Part shown: positions 28,622-38,029 of the stretch, piece by piece
Layout of the letters: each line of letters starts with the position of its first letter
Position numbering within the stretch: the stretch's first letter is position 1
From: Kiritimatiellia bacterium
GTDB taxonomy: Bacteria; Verrucomicrobiota; Kiritimatiellia; JAAZAB01
Reading direction: 5' to 3'
Length of the DNA stretch: 64,000 nt
Assembly: GCA_040767085.1 (NCBI GenBank)
Contig: JAXGPF010000005.1
Location: forward strand, 160,001 to 224,000
The notes under the pieces: model-generated
Database searches by the model: none
The model's input: only the letters and a program-made list of their open reading frames with translations
Told to the model about the DNA's origin: nothing
Position numbers and translations under genes: made by a program

Positions 28622-29729
28622 GGCATACGTTGCGTTGAACATGATGGAGGGCGTCGGACCGGTCAGCGTCCAGGCGCTGGTGGCGGCGCTGGGAACTCCC
28701 GGGGCCATCTGGGAGGCGGACCGGCCAACCCTGCTGGAGGTGCCAGGCATCGGCCCCGGCCTGGCGGATAAAATCCTGCGTCAGCGGAACCAGCTTGACC
28801 CGCAGAATGAAATCCGGCGCGCCGCGCAATTGGGCGCGGTGCTGATTACCCCCGCCGATCCCGGTTACCCGCCCGCCCTGACCCAGATTCATGACCCGCC
28901 CCTGGCTTTATACGTCCGGGGTGAGTTGCGGACAAGCGACCGGCATGCGTTGGCCATCGTCGGCACCCGTCATCCCAGTATTTACGGACGGGAGACCGCG
29001 GCGCGGCTCTCCGCGCAGCTGGCGCGCTCCGGCTGGACGGTCGTCAGCGGACTGGCGCGCGGCATTGACACCGCCGCCCATGCCGCCGCCTTGACCGCCG
29101 GCGGCCGGACCCTCGCCGTCTTAGGCGGCGGCCTGGCGCATGTTTATCCCCCGGAGAACCAACCGCTGGCCGAGCGCATTGCCGCCGCCCAGGGGGCCGT
29201 CATCTCCGAATTCCCGCTCAGCCGGGTTCCCGACCGGACGACTTTCCCCATGCGCAACCGGATTGTCAGCGGATTGGCGCGGGGAGTGCTGGTGGTCGAA
29301 GCCGGGCGGCAAAGCGGCGCGCTGATCACCGCCAACCAGGCGCTCGATCAGGGGCGCAGCGTCATGGCCGTGCCCGGCCGGGTGGACTCGCCCGGCTCCC
29401 GCGGCACTCACGCCTTGATCAAAAACGGCGCCCGGCTGGTGGAAGACCTGGAAGACATCCTGGCGGAATTCGAATTCTTGTTCCCGCGGCGTCCGCAACC
29501 GGCCGCGCCGGATACGGACCCCGCGCCAGACGCGCCGGACGGCCTGCCGGAGGAAGAACGCCGCATCCTGGCCGCCTTGCATCCGGAAGAGCAGGATTTT
29601 GACGCGCTGATCCGGCAGACCGGCATCCCGGCGGCCCGCCTGAACGCCCTGCTGCTCACGATGGAAATGAAGCGGCTGGTCAAGGTGCTGCCCGGCCGCC
29701 TGGTGGCGGCGACCCGGCAACGCGTCTGA
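28608..29729 (+). CDS. dprA: DNA-processing protein DprA
   Basis: AIVGTR, VVSGLARGIDTAAH, FPMRNRIVSGL, VVEAGRQSGALITA and a C-terminal winged helix; TTG start. Confidence 0.95.
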   Translation: MDAHEAYVALNMMEGVGPVSVQALVAALGTPGAIWEADRPTLLEVPGIGPGLADKILRQRNQLDPQNEIRRAAQLGAVLITPADPGYPPALTQIHDPPLALYVRGELRTSDRHALAIVGTRHPSIYGRETAARLSAQLARSGWTVVSGLARGIDTAAHAAALTAGGRTLAVLGGGLAHVYPPENQPLAERIAAAQGAVISEFPLSRVPDRTTFPMRNRIVSGLARGVLVVEAGRQSGALITANQALDQGRSVMAVPGRVDSPGSRGTHALIKNGARLVEDLEDILAEFEFLFPRRPQPAAPDTDPAPDAPDGLPEEERRILAALHPEEQDFDALIRQTGIPAARLNALLLTMEMKRLVKVLPGRLVAATRQRV

Positions 29730-29996
29730 TCTCAGCCGCAACCCGCCAACGCCACGAAAACTGCGCTTGCCGGCGACCTTAAGTTTCTGATTGACAGTTC
29801 CGCCGGCATTGCACTATTTTATCCATATAGTAAATATGCATGCAATTGCATGAAGCAAATTGGAAGGAGGTGTTGCCCGGATTACCAGCCCGTTCTGGCG
29901 CAAGTGCAGCCGGAACAAAATATCCGGCCGGCACTCAACCGGTCGGCAGTCTACGAACGAATCGTTTTTCAATCAAAAACGGGAGTTAGTGATCAG

Positions 29997-30518
29997 ATGA
30001 AAAAAATTATCGGCAGTGCAATGGCAATTGGATTGGCGACATCCATGGCGTTCGGCGCCATGCTGAATCAAGGCACGCGTGAACTGGGTATTGCCGGCGA
30101 ACTCGACCGCGACACGGCGGCCGGCGAAGTCAGTTTCGGCCAGTTCATCATGGACGGGCTGATTCTCGGCGTCGGCGCCATGGGCGCCTACCAGGACTAT
30201 GGCGATGTTGACTCCAAGACCTATGGCGCCAAGGTGTTCGCGCAGTACCACCTGGACATGGCCAGCCCCTTGGTGCCGTTCGCCGGCGCGGCCGGCGGCG
30301 TGCAATACGCCAAGATCGAAATGGATGATGCCGGATCGGACTCGGAGACGGGCTGGATGGGCGAATTGCAATTGGGCGTGAAGACCTTCATCGCCAACAA
30401 CATTGCCATCGCCACTTACGGCTTCTTCGATTTTTCCAACAAGGAAATTTATTCCGACAAGGATGAAATGGAAAAAACCAACTGGGGCCTGCGCATCGGC
30501 ATGAACAGTTATTTCTAA
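29997..30518 (+). CDS. Small outer-membrane beta-barrel protein
   Basis: Signal peptide, amphipathic strands and C-terminal beta-signal WGLRIGMNSYF. Confidence 0.8.
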   Translation: MKKIIGSAMAIGLATSMAFGAMLNQGTRELGIAGELDRDTAAGEVSFGQFIMDGLILGVGAMGAYQDYGDVDSKTYGAKVFAQYHLDMASPLVPFAGAAGGVQYAKIEMDDAGSDSETGWMGELQLGVKTFIANNIAIATYGFFDFSNKEIYSDKDEMEKTNWGLRIGMNSYF

Positions 30519-30543
30519 ACCATCCCTCCTGATCGGAACTGAC

Positions 30544-30579
30544 AACCCGCGGACGGCCCGGCCGTCCGCGGGTTTTTTT
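30544..30579 (+). terminator. Rho-independent terminator
   Basis: AACCCGCGGACGGC-CCG-GCCGTCCGCGGGTT followed by a T run. Confidence 0.9.
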
Positions 30580-30668
30580 GCGCCCTGCCGCGGCGCTGGT
30601 TTTCCCGGGCTGGCAAGCCGGCCGATCGTCCAAAAACGAGCAGGAACGCGGCATGCATGATTGACCTT

Positions 30669-30751
30669 GAAAGGTGTTTGCGGCGGAAATCCGATCTTCC
30701 CTGTTTTCAATTGCTTATATCAATTTTTGAATTTCAAATGCCGGATTTAGG
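30669..30751. repeat. Truncated copy (right 83 bp) of MITE-3
   Basis: Colinear and highly similar to 59497-59579, ending TGCCGGATTTAGG. Confidence 0.85.
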
Positions 30752-30828
30752 TTGACATCGCCCGCGGCTTAAACGATACTTTTACGGCATAACAGCGCAT
30801 TCCTGGGAATGCGCTGGTTGACCAGAAA

Positions 30829-31392
30829 ATGCCTGAAAAAACCGTCAAGTTAAAGCGGATTTTCTCCGGGCGCCTGCTGCGGCTGGATGTCGTGGAAGTG
30901 GCCCTGGCAGACGGCCGAACCGGCCGCCGTGAAATCGTCCGACACCCCGGCGCCGTGGCAGTCTGGCTGATTGCGCCGGACGGCCGGGCGGTGCTGGTGC
31001 GCCAATACCGCAAGGCGGTGGGCCGGTTCCTGCTGGAAGCGGTGGCCGGCACCCGCGAACCGGGCGAGTCCGCCGCCGCCTGCGCCATCCGCGAAGTGCG
31101 CGAGGAAACCGGCTATGCGATTGCATCCGTCATCCCCCTGGGGCGTATCTATACCGCCCCGGGATTCTGCAACGAAAAAATTGACCTGTTTTATGCGCGG
31201 GCTGGCCGGGCGCCGGGCGCCGGACGGCCGGATTTCGATGAAAAAATAAGCGTGCGGCATGTGACGATGGCGCAATTTGCCGGCCTGGCCGCCCGGGGCG
31301 CGGTGCAGGATGCCAAGACCCTGGCGGCCTGGAGCCTGGCGCGGGCGCGCATACCGCCACCGCGCGGCGATGACAAAGGAAGGCGTTCATGA
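30829..31392 (+). CDS. Nudix hydrolase (ADP-ribose pyrophosphatase-like)
   Basis: REIVRHPGAV, LVRQYR, Nudix box AGTREPGESAAACAIREVREETG, and DAKT. Confidence 0.9.
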   Translation: MPEKTVKLKRIFSGRLLRLDVVEVALADGRTGRREIVRHPGAVAVWLIAPDGRAVLVRQYRKAVGRFLLEAVAGTREPGESAAACAIREVREETGYAIASVIPLGRIYTAPGFCNEKIDLFYARAGRAPGAGRPDFDEKISVRHVTMAQFAGLAARGAVQDAKTLAAWSLARARIPPPRGDDKGRRS

Positions 31393-32747
31393 AATTTTTC
31401 AAGCGCGTTTACCGTTTTTTTTCCGAAGGCATCTGGGATATTGAACTCAGCGCGTTGCCGCTGGTGCCGCGCTGGGGAGTCAACATCGTGCGGGTGCTGC
31501 ACCTGGTTTACAACGGTTTCCGCGACAACGAATGCCCCTTGCACGCCTCCGCCCTGACCTACAGCTCGCTCATGGCGGTGGTGCCGACAATGGCCCTGGC
31601 GTTGTCGGTCCTGCGGGGTTTGGGCGCGGGCGAATGGGCGGAAAATTACATTAAGTCCGGCATCAGTTCCATGCCGGCGCAGTTCCAGGAGTTCGTGGTG
31701 AACGTGTTGAGCTATGTGCGCAACACCAACTTCGCCACGCTCGGCGGAATCGGACTGGCGCTGCTGCTCTGGATCGTCGTTCAGGTGATCGGCCAGGTGG
31801 AGATGTCTTTCAATCGCGTCTGGGGCGTTCATGCCGCGCGGCCGTTGCTGCGCAAGTTCTCCGATTACCTGAGCGTGCTGATGGTGGTGCCGGTGCTGAT
31901 GATCACCGCCACGACCATCAACACTACGCTGAACAGCGCCATGATGTCCGGCTTGCTGCAAAGCCGGCTGGGATTGATGCACGCCTGGTATCTGCGCGCC
32001 ATGGAACTGACGCCGCTGGCGGCCATCTGCCTGGCCTTCACTTTCATGTACAAATTCATGCCCAACACGCGGGTGCGGCTCGGTCCGGCGCTGGTCAGCG
32101 GCATCATCGGCGGTTCGCTCTGGGTGGGCTGGCAGCGGATTTACATCGCCACGCAACTCGGCGTCAGCAATTATAACAAAATCTACGCCGCTTTCGCGTC
32201 GGTGCCGATTTTCCTGTTCTGGCTGTACGTCTCCTGGCAGATCGTGCTGCTGGGCGCGGAGATCGGCTTTGCCATGCAGAATTACGCCACTTACAAACTG
32301 GAGCAACGCGCCCATGACGCCAGCATGCTTTCGCGCATCATGCTGGCGATGTCCGTCATTTCCCACGCCGCCCAGTCCATGATGGTGAATGTGCCGCATT
32401 TCGAAGTGTCCGCCTACGCCCGCCAGCACCGCGTGCCGGTGCGCCTGATCAACGAAGTGCTGGACGCTCTGGCGGCCGCCGGATTGATGGCGGAGATCGC
32501 CGGCGGCGAGGGCAAATACGTGCTGTTGAAATCTCCCGAGTCCATCCGCGTACGGGAAATCATTTATACCATGCTTCAGACCGGCGCCACCCCGCAGAGC
32601 CTGGGGCTGGAGCGGCTGAACCCGGCCATCCGGCATGTCCTGGGCAAGATGGACAACGGCACGGCGGAAGCCTTGAAGGATTTTAATGTGCCCGACCTGC
32701 TGCAACTGCATTCCCGGCTGGCCCAGCAGGATACGCCGAAGGTCTGA
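31389..32747 (+). CDS. YihY/BrkB-family membrane protein with C-terminal winged-helix extension
   Basis: ASALTYSSLMAVVP, FNRVWGV, IYAAFASVPIFLFWLYVSWQIVLLGAE, then a soluble tail. Confidence 0.88.
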   Translation: MKFFKRVYRFFSEGIWDIELSALPLVPRWGVNIVRVLHLVYNGFRDNECPLHASALTYSSLMAVVPTMALALSVLRGLGAGEWAENYIKSGISSMPAQFQEFVVNVLSYVRNTNFATLGGIGLALLLWIVVQVIGQVEMSFNRVWGVHAARPLLRKFSDYLSVLMVVPVLMITATTINTTLNSAMMSGLLQSRLGLMHAWYLRAMELTPLAAICLAFTFMYKFMPNTRVRLGPALVSGIIGGSLWVGWQRIYIATQLGVSNYNKIYAAFASVPIFLFWLYVSWQIVLLGAEIGFAMQNYATYKLEQRAHDASMLSRIMLAMSVISHAAQSMMVNVPHFEVSAYARQHRVPVRLINEVLDALAAAGLMAEIAGGEGKYVLLKSPESIRVREIIYTMLQTGATPQSLGLERLNPAIRHVLGKMDNGTAEALKDFNVPDLLQLHSRLAQQDTPKV

Positions 32748-32762
32748 TACTGGAAAAATATT

Positions 32763-33710
32763 ATGGATCAACCTATAATACGCGCGGGCGTGATTGGTGT
32801 CGGCAGTCTCGGCCAATGGCATGCCCGCATCTATTCCGAATTACCGGGGGTGGAACTGGCGGGTGTGTACGACGCCAATCCCGCGCGCGCCGAGGAAATC
32901 GCCGCGCGCTACCACACCCGCGCTTTCCATGACATGGCGGAACTGGCCGGCCAGATTGAAGCGGCCAGCATCGCCGTGCCGGCCGACCGCCACAGCGCGG
33001 TCGCCGCCGAGTTGCTCGCCCGGGACGTGCACCTGTTGGTTGAAAAACCCATTGCGACGCGCACCGACGACGCCGAAGCCATGGTGAACCTGGCGCATGA
33101 CCGCAACCTTATTCTGCAGGTCGGCCATGTCGAGCGGTTCAATCCCGTCCTGCATTACCTGGAGCAGATTCTGGTGAATCCCCGCTTTATCGAGGCCCAC
33201 CGCCTGGCGCCCTACCCGCCGCCCCGGCCCGGCCAGCCGCCGCGCGGCACGGAAATCAGCGTGGTGCTGGATTTGATGATCCACGACCTGGAAGTCATCC
33301 TGCACCTGGTGCGTTCTCCCGTCGCAACCATCCATGCCGTGGGCGTGCCGGTGCTGAGCGCCAGCGAGGACATCGCCAACGTGCGCCTGACGTTTGCCAA
33401 CGGCTGCGTGGCCAACGTCACCACCAGCCGCATCAGCCCGGAGTTGATGCGCAAAATCCGGGTTTTCCAGGAAGACACCTATATTTCCCTCGATTACCAG
33501 AAACAGGCCGGGGAATTGTACCGCAAGCAGGACGGCCGTATTGTCAAAAGCGCCGTCCCCATCGAAAAAGGCGAGCCGCTGGCGGTCGAATTGGCAGCTT
33601 TCATCGACTGCGTGCGCCAACGCGCGCAACCGCTGGTCAGCGGGGAACAGGGCACGCAGGCCCTGCGGCTGGCCGCTGAAATCTGCCGGCAATTGCGCGC
33701 CCAGCGCTGA
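32763..33710 (+). CDS. Gfo/Idh/MocA oxidoreductase, GnnA-like
   Basis: GVGSLG, LVEKP, QVGHVERFNP, VVLDLMIHDL; directly upstream of lpxB. Confidence 0.85.
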   Translation: MDQPIIRAGVIGVGSLGQWHARIYSELPGVELAGVYDANPARAEEIAARYHTRAFHDMAELAGQIEAASIAVPADRHSAVAAELLARDVHLLVEKPIATRTDDAEAMVNLAHDRNLILQVGHVERFNPVLHYLEQILVNPRFIEAHRLAPYPPPRPGQPPRGTEISVVLDLMIHDLEVILHLVRSPVATIHAVGVPVLSASEDIANVRLTFANGCVANVTTSRISPELMRKIRVFQEDTYISLDYQKQAGELYRKQDGRIVKSAVPIEKGEPLAVELAAFIDCVRQRAQPLVSGEQGTQALRLAAEICRQLRAQR

Positions 33711-33752
33711 TCATCGGTGAACTCTGGCGGCGATGCGAACAGGCCGGCGATT

Positions 33753-34958
33753 ATGCCCGAAAAATCCATCATGCTCATTGCGGGCGAGTTTTCCGGCGAT
33801 ATGCACGCCGCCGCCATTGTCCGCGCCATCCGGCGCCGCGCGCCGGATGTCAACATATTCGGCATCGGCGGCGCGGCCTTGCGCCAGGCCGGCATGGAAA
33901 TCGTTTACGATGCGCGCGAAATGGCGGTGCTGGGCTTGACGGAAGTGCTGCGCAAATATTTCTTCTTCCGGCGCGTTTTCCACGCCATGCTGGACCTGGC
34001 CCGGCAGCGCCGGCCGGCCGCCGTCCTGCTGGTGGATTACCCCGGATTTAACCTGCGGTTCGCCGCCGCCGCCAAGGCGGCGGGACTGAAAGTCATCTAT
34101 TACGTCTGCCCGCAAGTCTGGGCCTGGCACCGCGGCCGTATCCCCGCCATGGCCCGGGACATTGACCGGCTGCTGACCATCTTCCCTTTTGAGCCGCCCT
34201 TGTTCGAAGGCTCGGGTCTGGCGGCGGATTTTGTCGGACACCCGCTGGTGGCCGAAACCGCCGCCGCGCTCCAGGCGCCGGCCGCGGCGCTGCCCTGGCA
34301 ATCCGGCGCGCCGCGCATCGCTTTATTGCCCGGCAGCCGCCGCCATGAAATCCAGCGCCTCTTCCCCGTGATGTGGCAAACGGCGCTCCGCCTGGAGCAA
34401 AAACACCCCCAGGCCGCCTTCATCGCCGCCGCGCCATCGGCCGAAGCGGCCCAGTGGATTCAAACGGCGCTGGCGCCATTATCCAGATCCGGGCCCGGCC
34501 CGAAACGTTTCGCCATCACCGCCGGCCAGACCCGCCAGGTGCTGCGGCAAGCCGATGCCGCGCTCGTGGCTTCCGGCACCGCCACCCTGGAAACCGCCTT
34601 GCTGCGCTGCCCCATGGTCGTGGTCTACAAGGTATCCGCCGCCACTTACCTGGCCGGGCGCATGTTGATCCGCGTGCCCTACCTGGGCATGGTCAACCTG
34701 CTCTGGCGCCACCTGGACCCCGATCCCGCCCATAACCCGCTGTGCCCGGAATTCATTCAGCAGGCTGCCCGCCCGGACCGCCTGGCCGACGCCTTGGAGC
34801 CGCTGCTGTCGCCAACCCCGCGCCGCCAGGCGATGCTGGCCGGCTTGAACCGCGTCGGCGCCGCGCTGGGCGGCGGCGGCGGCGCCGACCGCGCCGCGGA
34901 AATCGTGCTGTCCGAGATTGGCATGGCGGACAGCGCCCGCCCGGCCGCGGATTTTTAA
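33753..34958 (+). CDS. lpxB: Lipid-A-disaccharide synthase
   Basis: AGEFSGDMH, VDYPGFN, YVCPQVWAW, IFPFE, FVGHPL, LLPGSR, ASGTATLE, EFIQ. Confidence 0.95.
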   Translation: MPEKSIMLIAGEFSGDMHAAAIVRAIRRRAPDVNIFGIGGAALRQAGMEIVYDAREMAVLGLTEVLRKYFFFRRVFHAMLDLARQRRPAAVLLVDYPGFNLRFAAAAKAAGLKVIYYVCPQVWAWHRGRIPAMARDIDRLLTIFPFEPPLFEGSGLAADFVGHPLVAETAAALQAPAAALPWQSGAPRIALLPGSRRHEIQRLFPVMWQTALRLEQKHPQAAFIAAAPSAEAAQWIQTALAPLSRSGPGPKRFAITAGQTRQVLRQADAALVASGTATLETALLRCPMVVVYKVSAATYLAGRMLIRVPYLGMVNLLWRHLDPDPAHNPLCPEFIQQAARPDRLADALEPLLSPTPRRQAMLAGLNRVGAALGGGGGADRAAEIVLSEIGMADSARPAADF

Positions 34959-34996
34959 AATTGCGGCATTAGCCGCGTAGCCCGGGAGACACCATC

Positions 34997-35974
34997 ATGC
35001 CGCAACCGTTTGGGTTCAGTTTTTCGGAATCGCTTATGGCGCAACTGGCCGGAGTCGCGCTGCATGATACGCACTTCGACGCCGAGGCGATTTTCCAGGT
35101 TTACGACCGCATCCGGCCGCTGGCGGACGAACTGGGCGTACCCGCTCCCAAACCCAGGCTGGCCGGGTTCGCTTACTCGCATGTCGCCGCCTTGGGCGCG
35201 CGGATCGTCTTCGCCGAAGATGGCGAGCCGAATGTCGAGCCGATGATCCATGCCCTGGAAGATATTGACCGGCTCCGGCCGCCCGCGGATTACCTGGCCG
35301 CCCCCCTCGTTCAGAACAGGCTGCGGCTGGCGGCGGAACTGGGCCGCCGGCGGCCGGACGCGCTGGGGACATTCATCGGCCACTACAACGAAGGGCCGCT
35401 GACGACCGCCGGCCTGCTGATGGGCCCCGACTTCTTCACGCTGTTATACGACGATCCGTCGCGCGCCCATAAGCTGCTGAAGTTCAGCTCGGAAACCGCC
35501 CTGCAATTCGGCCGGGCGCTCCACCGGCATTGGTTCGGCGCGGCCCCATCGAAACCGCGCGGCCTGGCCGACGACTTCGCCGGCATGCTGCCCCCGGCCA
35601 TGTTCGGCGAATTCGTTGTGCCATACTGGAACATGTATTATGCCGGCCAGCCGGCCGGGCCGCGATCCCTGCACAGCGAGTTGCTGCGTGAAGACCACCT
35701 GCCTTATTTGCGCGAGGCGCAGATTGCTGTTTTCGACCCGGGCGCCGACCAGTACCTCACCCCGGAACTCCTGCGCCGGAAATGCCCCTGCCCATTCCGC
35801 ATCTTGATCAAATCCTGGGAAATCAACGACATGACCGCCGGCCAGCTTGAAAAGTATTACCGCAACACCGCGGCCTGCCAGCCGCTAAATATCAGGTTTT
35901 CGATGGATTCAATGGAGCAACTGGAAAAAATCAAGCGGCTGCTGCAAGTCGCCCGCGAGCTGGCGGCAGCGTAA
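34997..35974 (+). CDS. Uroporphyrinogen decarboxylase-family (URO-D/MtaA-like) protein
   Basis: EGPLTTAGLLMG, LYDDPSRAHKLL, ADDFAGMLPPAMFGEFVVPY, LHS. Confidence 0.7.
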   Translation: MPQPFGFSFSESLMAQLAGVALHDTHFDAEAIFQVYDRIRPLADELGVPAPKPRLAGFAYSHVAALGARIVFAEDGEPNVEPMIHALEDIDRLRPPADYLAAPLVQNRLRLAAELGRRRPDALGTFIGHYNEGPLTTAGLLMGPDFFTLLYDDPSRAHKLLKFSSETALQFGRALHRHWFGAAPSKPRGLADDFAGMLPPAMFGEFVVPYWNMYYAGQPAGPRSLHSELLREDHLPYLREAQIAVFDPGADQYLTPELLRRKCPCPFRILIKSWEINDMTAGQLEKYYRNTAACQPLNIRFSMDSMEQLEKIKRLLQVARELAAA

Positions 35975-36121
35975 ATATTTCAAAAGTCGTCCCCTGCCAC
36001 CTTGCGTGGCAGGAACGAAACGGCATCGGTGGTCGGACCAAAGCAACTTGTTGTAAACCATAGTAATACGTTCCATAGAACAAGACGGCTTGATGCTGAA
36101 ACAGAACTGTGGCAGGGTGGC

Positions 36122-36157
36122 ATTGACCCCGTGTCAATAATGCGCTATTGTAAATCC
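36122..36157 (+). promoter_or_regulatory. Putative leaderless promoter of the methyltransferase, with an inverted repeat over the -35
   Basis: TTGACC-17 bp-TATTGT-6 bp-ATG, no SD; ATTGAC-N5-GTCAAT at 36122-36138. Confidence 0.55.
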
Positions 36158-37117
36158 ATGTTTAAGAAAGATTACAGAATTGCGGATCGCTTCGCCGCCG
36201 GCGAGCGCATCGTTGTTTATCCTGGCAACTGCATTGACATGCTCCGATCCTGCCCGGACGGAATTTTTGGCTTGGTTGTGACTTCACCGCCTTACAATAT
36301 CGGCAAGGAATATGAGAATAGGCTGAAACTCGACGCGTACCTTGAGCAGCAAGCCGCGGTTATAAGCGAATGCGTTCGTTGTCTTTCGCCCCGTGGGAGT
36401 ATCTGCTGGCAGGTCGGCAACTATGTCGATAATGGAGCGATCATCCCGCTGGATACGGTTCTCTACCCCATTTTTAAGAATCTAGGCTTACGGATGCGCA
36501 ACCGCATTATCTGGCATTTCGAACACGGCCTGCATTGTTCCAAACGGTTTTCCGGCCGATATGAGACGATAATCTGGTTCACAAAGACTGACGATTATGT
36601 TTTTGATTTGGACCCGGTGCGAATTCCACAAAAATACCCCGGCAAGAAGTATTTCAAAGGGCCAAAAGCGGGAAAATATTCCTGCAATCCTCTGGGAAAA
36701 AATCCAGGCGATCTTTGGGTGATCCCAAATGTGAAGAGCAACCATGTCGAAAAGACCGACCATCCATGCCAATTCCCCGTTGAATTGATCGAACGGCTGG
36801 TTCTCTCGATGACTCGCGAAGATGACTGGGTTTTTGATCCTTTCCTTGGCACCGGGACTTCTGTAATTGCAGCCGTGCGGCATGGCCGCAAGGGCGCCGG
36901 GGCGGAGACGATCCCGAAATATGTGAACTTGGCAACGGCGAGAATCGAAGCGGAACTGGCCGGCACTCTCAGAACCCGCCCGATGAACAAGCCGGTTTAC
37001 GACCCGGTCGAAGCCGGGAATACCCTGACAATCGCCCCTTGGACAGCCAAGCAAGATGCGTCGCAGCTGGCGCTCTTGGAGAAAGCTCGAAAACGGGAAA
37101 GGTACTCCACTCGATGA
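36158..37117 (+). CDS. Beta-class DNA methyltransferase (probably N4-cytosine)
   Basis: Catalytic TSPPY lies before SAM-binding DPFLGTG; HPCQFP also present. Confidence 0.93.
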   Translation: MFKKDYRIADRFAAGERIVVYPGNCIDMLRSCPDGIFGLVVTSPPYNIGKEYENRLKLDAYLEQQAAVISECVRCLSPRGSICWQVGNYVDNGAIIPLDTVLYPIFKNLGLRMRNRIIWHFEHGLHCSKRFSGRYETIIWFTKTDDYVFDLDPVRIPQKYPGKKYFKGPKAGKYSCNPLGKNPGDLWVIPNVKSNHVEKTDHPCQFPVELIERLVLSMTREDDWVFDPFLGTGTSVIAAVRHGRKGAGAETIPKYVNLATARIEAELAGTLRTRPMNKPVYDPVEAGNTLTIAPWTAKQDASQLALLEKARKRERYSTR

Positions 37118-37725
37118 AAATCGCAGAAACCTATTCACACCTTAATGGTCTTGAATTTCTCATAGTCCATAAGCCTAAACTATGGAAAGAGATTCAAGAC
37201 GTCATTGCCGCGTTGGACGCCAGAAAGTGCAAGACCAAGGTCTCGAAAGAGAAGACTATGAAAGGCGAACTGCTTTTCAGTCCAATCGACATGAATGCTG
37301 CTTTCAAACGATTGCTGCGAGCCAAATCGTGGGAAGAAAGCCGGGTGAGTTATTGGGTCACGCGCAGCGAGAAGTTGATTCGCAGGACTCTGACGATGCC
37401 CGCGGCAAACCAGAAGAAAGAGATCGAAGCAGCGGGTGAAAACCCCATATTCAGTTACAACCAGACCGATTTTGTGAAGGACCGGGTTGCCGTTGAGGTG
37501 CAGTTTGGAAAGTACGCTTTCGTAGCCTACGATTTGTTCGTTAAGCACCTCGCCTTCTACGTCGGCGACCACATTGATGTTGGAGTCGAAATCCTGCCGA
37601 TGAAGTCGCTGCAGAGTCAAATGAGTTCCGGAGTAGCATACTACGAAGGCGAATTCTACAATGTCGTCCGACAAGGGCGCGGAGTACCCGCTGTTCCTTT
37701 GATCCTTATAGGAATTGCACCGTAA
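37114..37725 (+). CDS. Type II restriction endonuclease, BglII/BstYI family
   Basis: 203 aa; YSHLNGLE, NQTDFVKDRVAVEVQFGKY, RQGRGVPAVPL; ATGA overlap with the MTase. Confidence 0.9.
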   Translation: MKIAETYSHLNGLEFLIVHKPKLWKEIQDVIAALDARKCKTKVSKEKTMKGELLFSPIDMNAAFKRLLRAKSWEESRVSYWVTRSEKLIRRTLTMPAANQKKEIEAAGENPIFSYNQTDFVKDRVAVEVQFGKYAFVAYDLFVKHLAFYVGDHIDVGVEILPMKSLQSQMSSGVAYYEGEFYNVVRQGRGVPAVPLILIGIAP

Positions 37726-37943
37726 ATGGGCTGGTTTGGAATCGGTATCTGGCAGCCGTTTCCGCTGGCAGTCGTGGATACAGGCTGCGGACTGCAAAGT
37801 CAGGCCGCTATCGGGAAAAGGGGCAAGGATTATGGCTGTTTTTATGTTGTCGGGCTAGGGAATCCTGAACATCCATGGCTGATTCACCCGGCGATGTAAG
37901 TGCTTGATCTTCCGGGTCGCTGCCGACAGTGTTCTTCCCGAAG

Positions 37944-38029
37944 AACCGCAGAATATCCAATAAAGAACCGTAGAATCTCGAAGTTCTGGCTTTCAGTGTT
38001 CGACATTCGCTGTTCGATATTCTGCGGTT
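37944..38029. repeat. Palindromic intergenic element with 14-bp perfect terminal IR
   Basis: AACCGCAGAATATC ... GATATTCTGCGGTT with degenerate internal repeats. Confidence 0.7.

Noticed and set aside
35986-37810. R-M genes as an integron cassette
   Set aside because: Flanking palindromes lack the RYYYAAC...GTTRRRY attC core and no intI is present.
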